Assembly: GCF_964355755.1 (NCBI RefSeq)
Contig: NC_092675.1
Span: 11,465,812 to 11,529,811, forward strand
DNA: 64,000 nt
Source of the DNA: Antedon mediterranea
Lineage: Eukaryota > Animalia > Echinodermata
Reading direction: 5' to 3'
The notes below the pieces were generated by a model. That model had not been told where the DNA came from and did no database searches. It worked only from the letters and a program-made list of their open reading frames with translations. The translations under genes and the position numbers were made by a program. Of this stretch, positions 61,630 to 64,000 are shown piece after piece (within the stretch, counting starts at the first letter, position 1; every line of letters starts with the position of its first letter).

Positions 61630-64000
61630 ACTAGATGTTATCGAGATAGAAATTCAATCATAAAAGTAACAATAAATGTTCACATAATATTTCACATCAT
61701 TTTTGTAACTGAACAAGCCAAAATGGCCGGCATTATGCCCAAAATGGCTGCCATTTTATCCAACATGGCCACCATTTTATCTAAAATGGCAACATATATC
61801 AATCAAATATTTTTTAAAACTTTTATTCACATATATTTGGTAAAAATTAGATATGTTGTAGAATAGACATCACTGAATCCAAAAAGTATTTGCTCCATTT
61901 TTTTTTTCATATGCAAGGGGGATTGGCAGCCATTTCAAAATGGCCGCCATTTTGGACAAAATTGTTTCAAATATTGTAAGTTTATGACATTAAAAGATGT
62001 TATCAAGATAGAAATTCAATCATAAAAGTAACAATAAATGTTTAAATAATATTTCACATCATATTTGTAACTGAACAAGTCAAAATGGCCGCCATTATGC
62101 CCAAAATGGCTGTCATTTTAGCCAATATGGCTACCATTTTATCTAAAATTGCCACATATATCAATCAAATATTTTTTTATTCACCTATATTTACAATTGG
62201 ATATGTTGTAGAATAGACATCACTGAATCCAAAAAGTATTTTCTCCATTTTGTGTTTATAGGCAAGGGGGGTTGGCAGCAATTTCAAATTGGTCGCCATT
62301 TTTGACAAATTTTTTTTAAATATTGTAAGTTTATGGCATTAAAAGATTTTTTATCGAGATGGAAATTCAGTCATATAAGTAACAATAAATGTTCAAATAA
62401 TATTTCACATCATTTGTGTAACAGAACAATGGCTGACATTTCAACCAAAATGGTTGCCATTTTATCCAACATGGCTGCCATTTTTATCTGAAATGGCCAC
62501 ATAATAAAATTGTTTTTTCTTTAACTTTGATTAAATACATGGGCTATAAAGGAACCAACATAACAACATAATAATATTTGTGTTTAATTACTTTACTTAT
62601 TCGTCGTCACTTTCGTTATCACTATCACTGTCCGAATCGGATGTAGACAACAATGGTCATATATTGTGACAGTTATTCTCGTCTGTTTCGCATTTACACA
62701 TCTCGGTATATTGTAGATTGTTTTTCTTGCACGTGCATGTATTATGGGAACATTTACTTAAACATGAACACCGTATTAGCTCCACAACTGCTTCTGGAGC
62801 AGTTTGCTTCTCGTATAATACTGGTCTTAGTTTACCGTTCTCTATAAACCAGCCAAGTTTTGGCATGGATCGGGAATTATTGGGTCAATAGTTACATGGC
62901 TCCATATATATTGGCCTGGAGATGTGCACGTAGTATGTGCTGGTGCAACGCTCCAGACGTTGGTGGCAATTTTTCCACACTTTGATTATTTGGCAGTGTT
63001 TTGAACCGTTTCCATCTCAGGGTTGATGAATCTTTGGCTGACACCCTTTTAGTTTCAATAAGACCGCACAGAAACTCCTCGCATCCTGCCTTCACATTGA
63101 AAGATGGCACATTGTCTTCTCCGAGTTTGACTAACGCTTCTATGATGTGAGGAGATGAGTTCATATACATCTTAAAAGCTGTTTTTTCCTGTGTACATCC
63201 AGTGATAGCATGGAAACCTGGTAGTCTGGCTGCCTTTTCCGGTCCAAGGGGATCGTATATTGATTAAAGAGCAATTCTTCTTGTTTCAGCTGTGCCTGTT
63301 AAAATACCAGAATTTTCCCCTAACTGTTGTAGGCGCCTTAAAATTAAAACAAATAAGTCGACTTCATTTCCTGGTGTAGATGCTACTTCAATACCATGAG
63401 GGATCATTAGTATATCTACCTCTTCTTTGGGTGCTCACAGGTGTTGTTGAGGAATGTTCAGGTGTGTTTGTGTTCATCTTGTCGCATGACGGTTACAATA
63501 GGATGTTTAAAATTTGTCGGCAAGATAAATTGTGAGTTGATCTTTTGTCGTGTTGCTTGACAAGAATATTGCTTTGTTTTTAATCAGTGTGGAATCTTCC
63601 ACAATAATTTCCACAATGTTAGGAGGAGATGATTGATATCGGATATCGTCTTTAAGCGAAAGTGTCTTCTCATAATTGTCAAAGACAACACGTCCACCAA
63701 CATAAATGTATTTGTTAAGTAGAGAATCTATGCAGGCTACAAATGCCTCCACAAAATCTTTGCAGGTGGTAAAAGTCTGAACATTCATAAGAGTTTGAAC
63801 AACTGCCATTCCATCGATGACGAGATAGCGATTCACAGGCTGAGGTGATATTAATCATCCTATTGTAACAGTCACGTGAACACCCAAGAAGAGGTAGACA
63901 CACTAATGATCCCTCATGGCATTGAAATAGCATCTACACCAGGAAATGAAGTCGACTTCTTCACGCAAGATACCGACTGGTTTGTTTTAATTCTAAGGCG
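61630..64000 (-). mobile_element. Second Academ family remnant with ~355-bp subterminal tandem repeats and an inverted duplication starting ~63856
   Basis: ORFs 63507..63836 (VIDGMAVVQ, VVFDNY..SLK), LPGFHAITGC piece, 62892..63170 (LPPTSGALHQHILRAHLQ), 62657..62866 (Cys-rich), acidic tail; repeats start at ~61633, ~61995, ~62345. Confidence 0.75.

Noticed and set aside
50025-64000. AHI1 SH3-domain exons
   Set aside because: No ALYDY/DEL/WW-type exon found; region is accounted for by TEs, so they presumably lie downstream.

Overview
AT-rich animal (invertebrate, probably deuterostome) genomic DNA. The window is the interior of one + strand gene, an AHI1/jouberin ortholog (ciliary transition-zone WD40 protein). 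I reconstructed 14 GT-AG exons plus one candidate 21-nt microexon (162-50024, about 617 codons, all phases compatible); the N-terminus and the SH3 exons lie outside the window. The introns are packed with nested transposable elements: Sola2/Sola3, Academ, hAT, MULE, Tc1/mariner MITEs, Kolobok-, piggyBac-, Harbinger-, Helitron/Helentron- and Crypton-like pieces, CR1/L2/Rex-type LINEs (one full-length with an N-terminal 2A-like motif), Penelope-like elements, and Deu/Nin- and Meta-core tRNA-SINEs. Most unusual signals: (1) five 20-36 bp inserts with CA...TG ends (four palindromic or near-palindromic) flanked by 7-bp duplications, one with exact 17-nt arms, which fit P-superfamily excision footprints; (2) two different Academ families each folded back into a large palindrome at nearly the same point of the XPG-like domain; (3) three distinct hammerhead ribozyme families clustered in a (TA)n nest; (4) a candidate UGC-preceded microexon in AHI1. 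Superfamily assignments come from terminal/TSD signatures and remembered motifs, not database searches.
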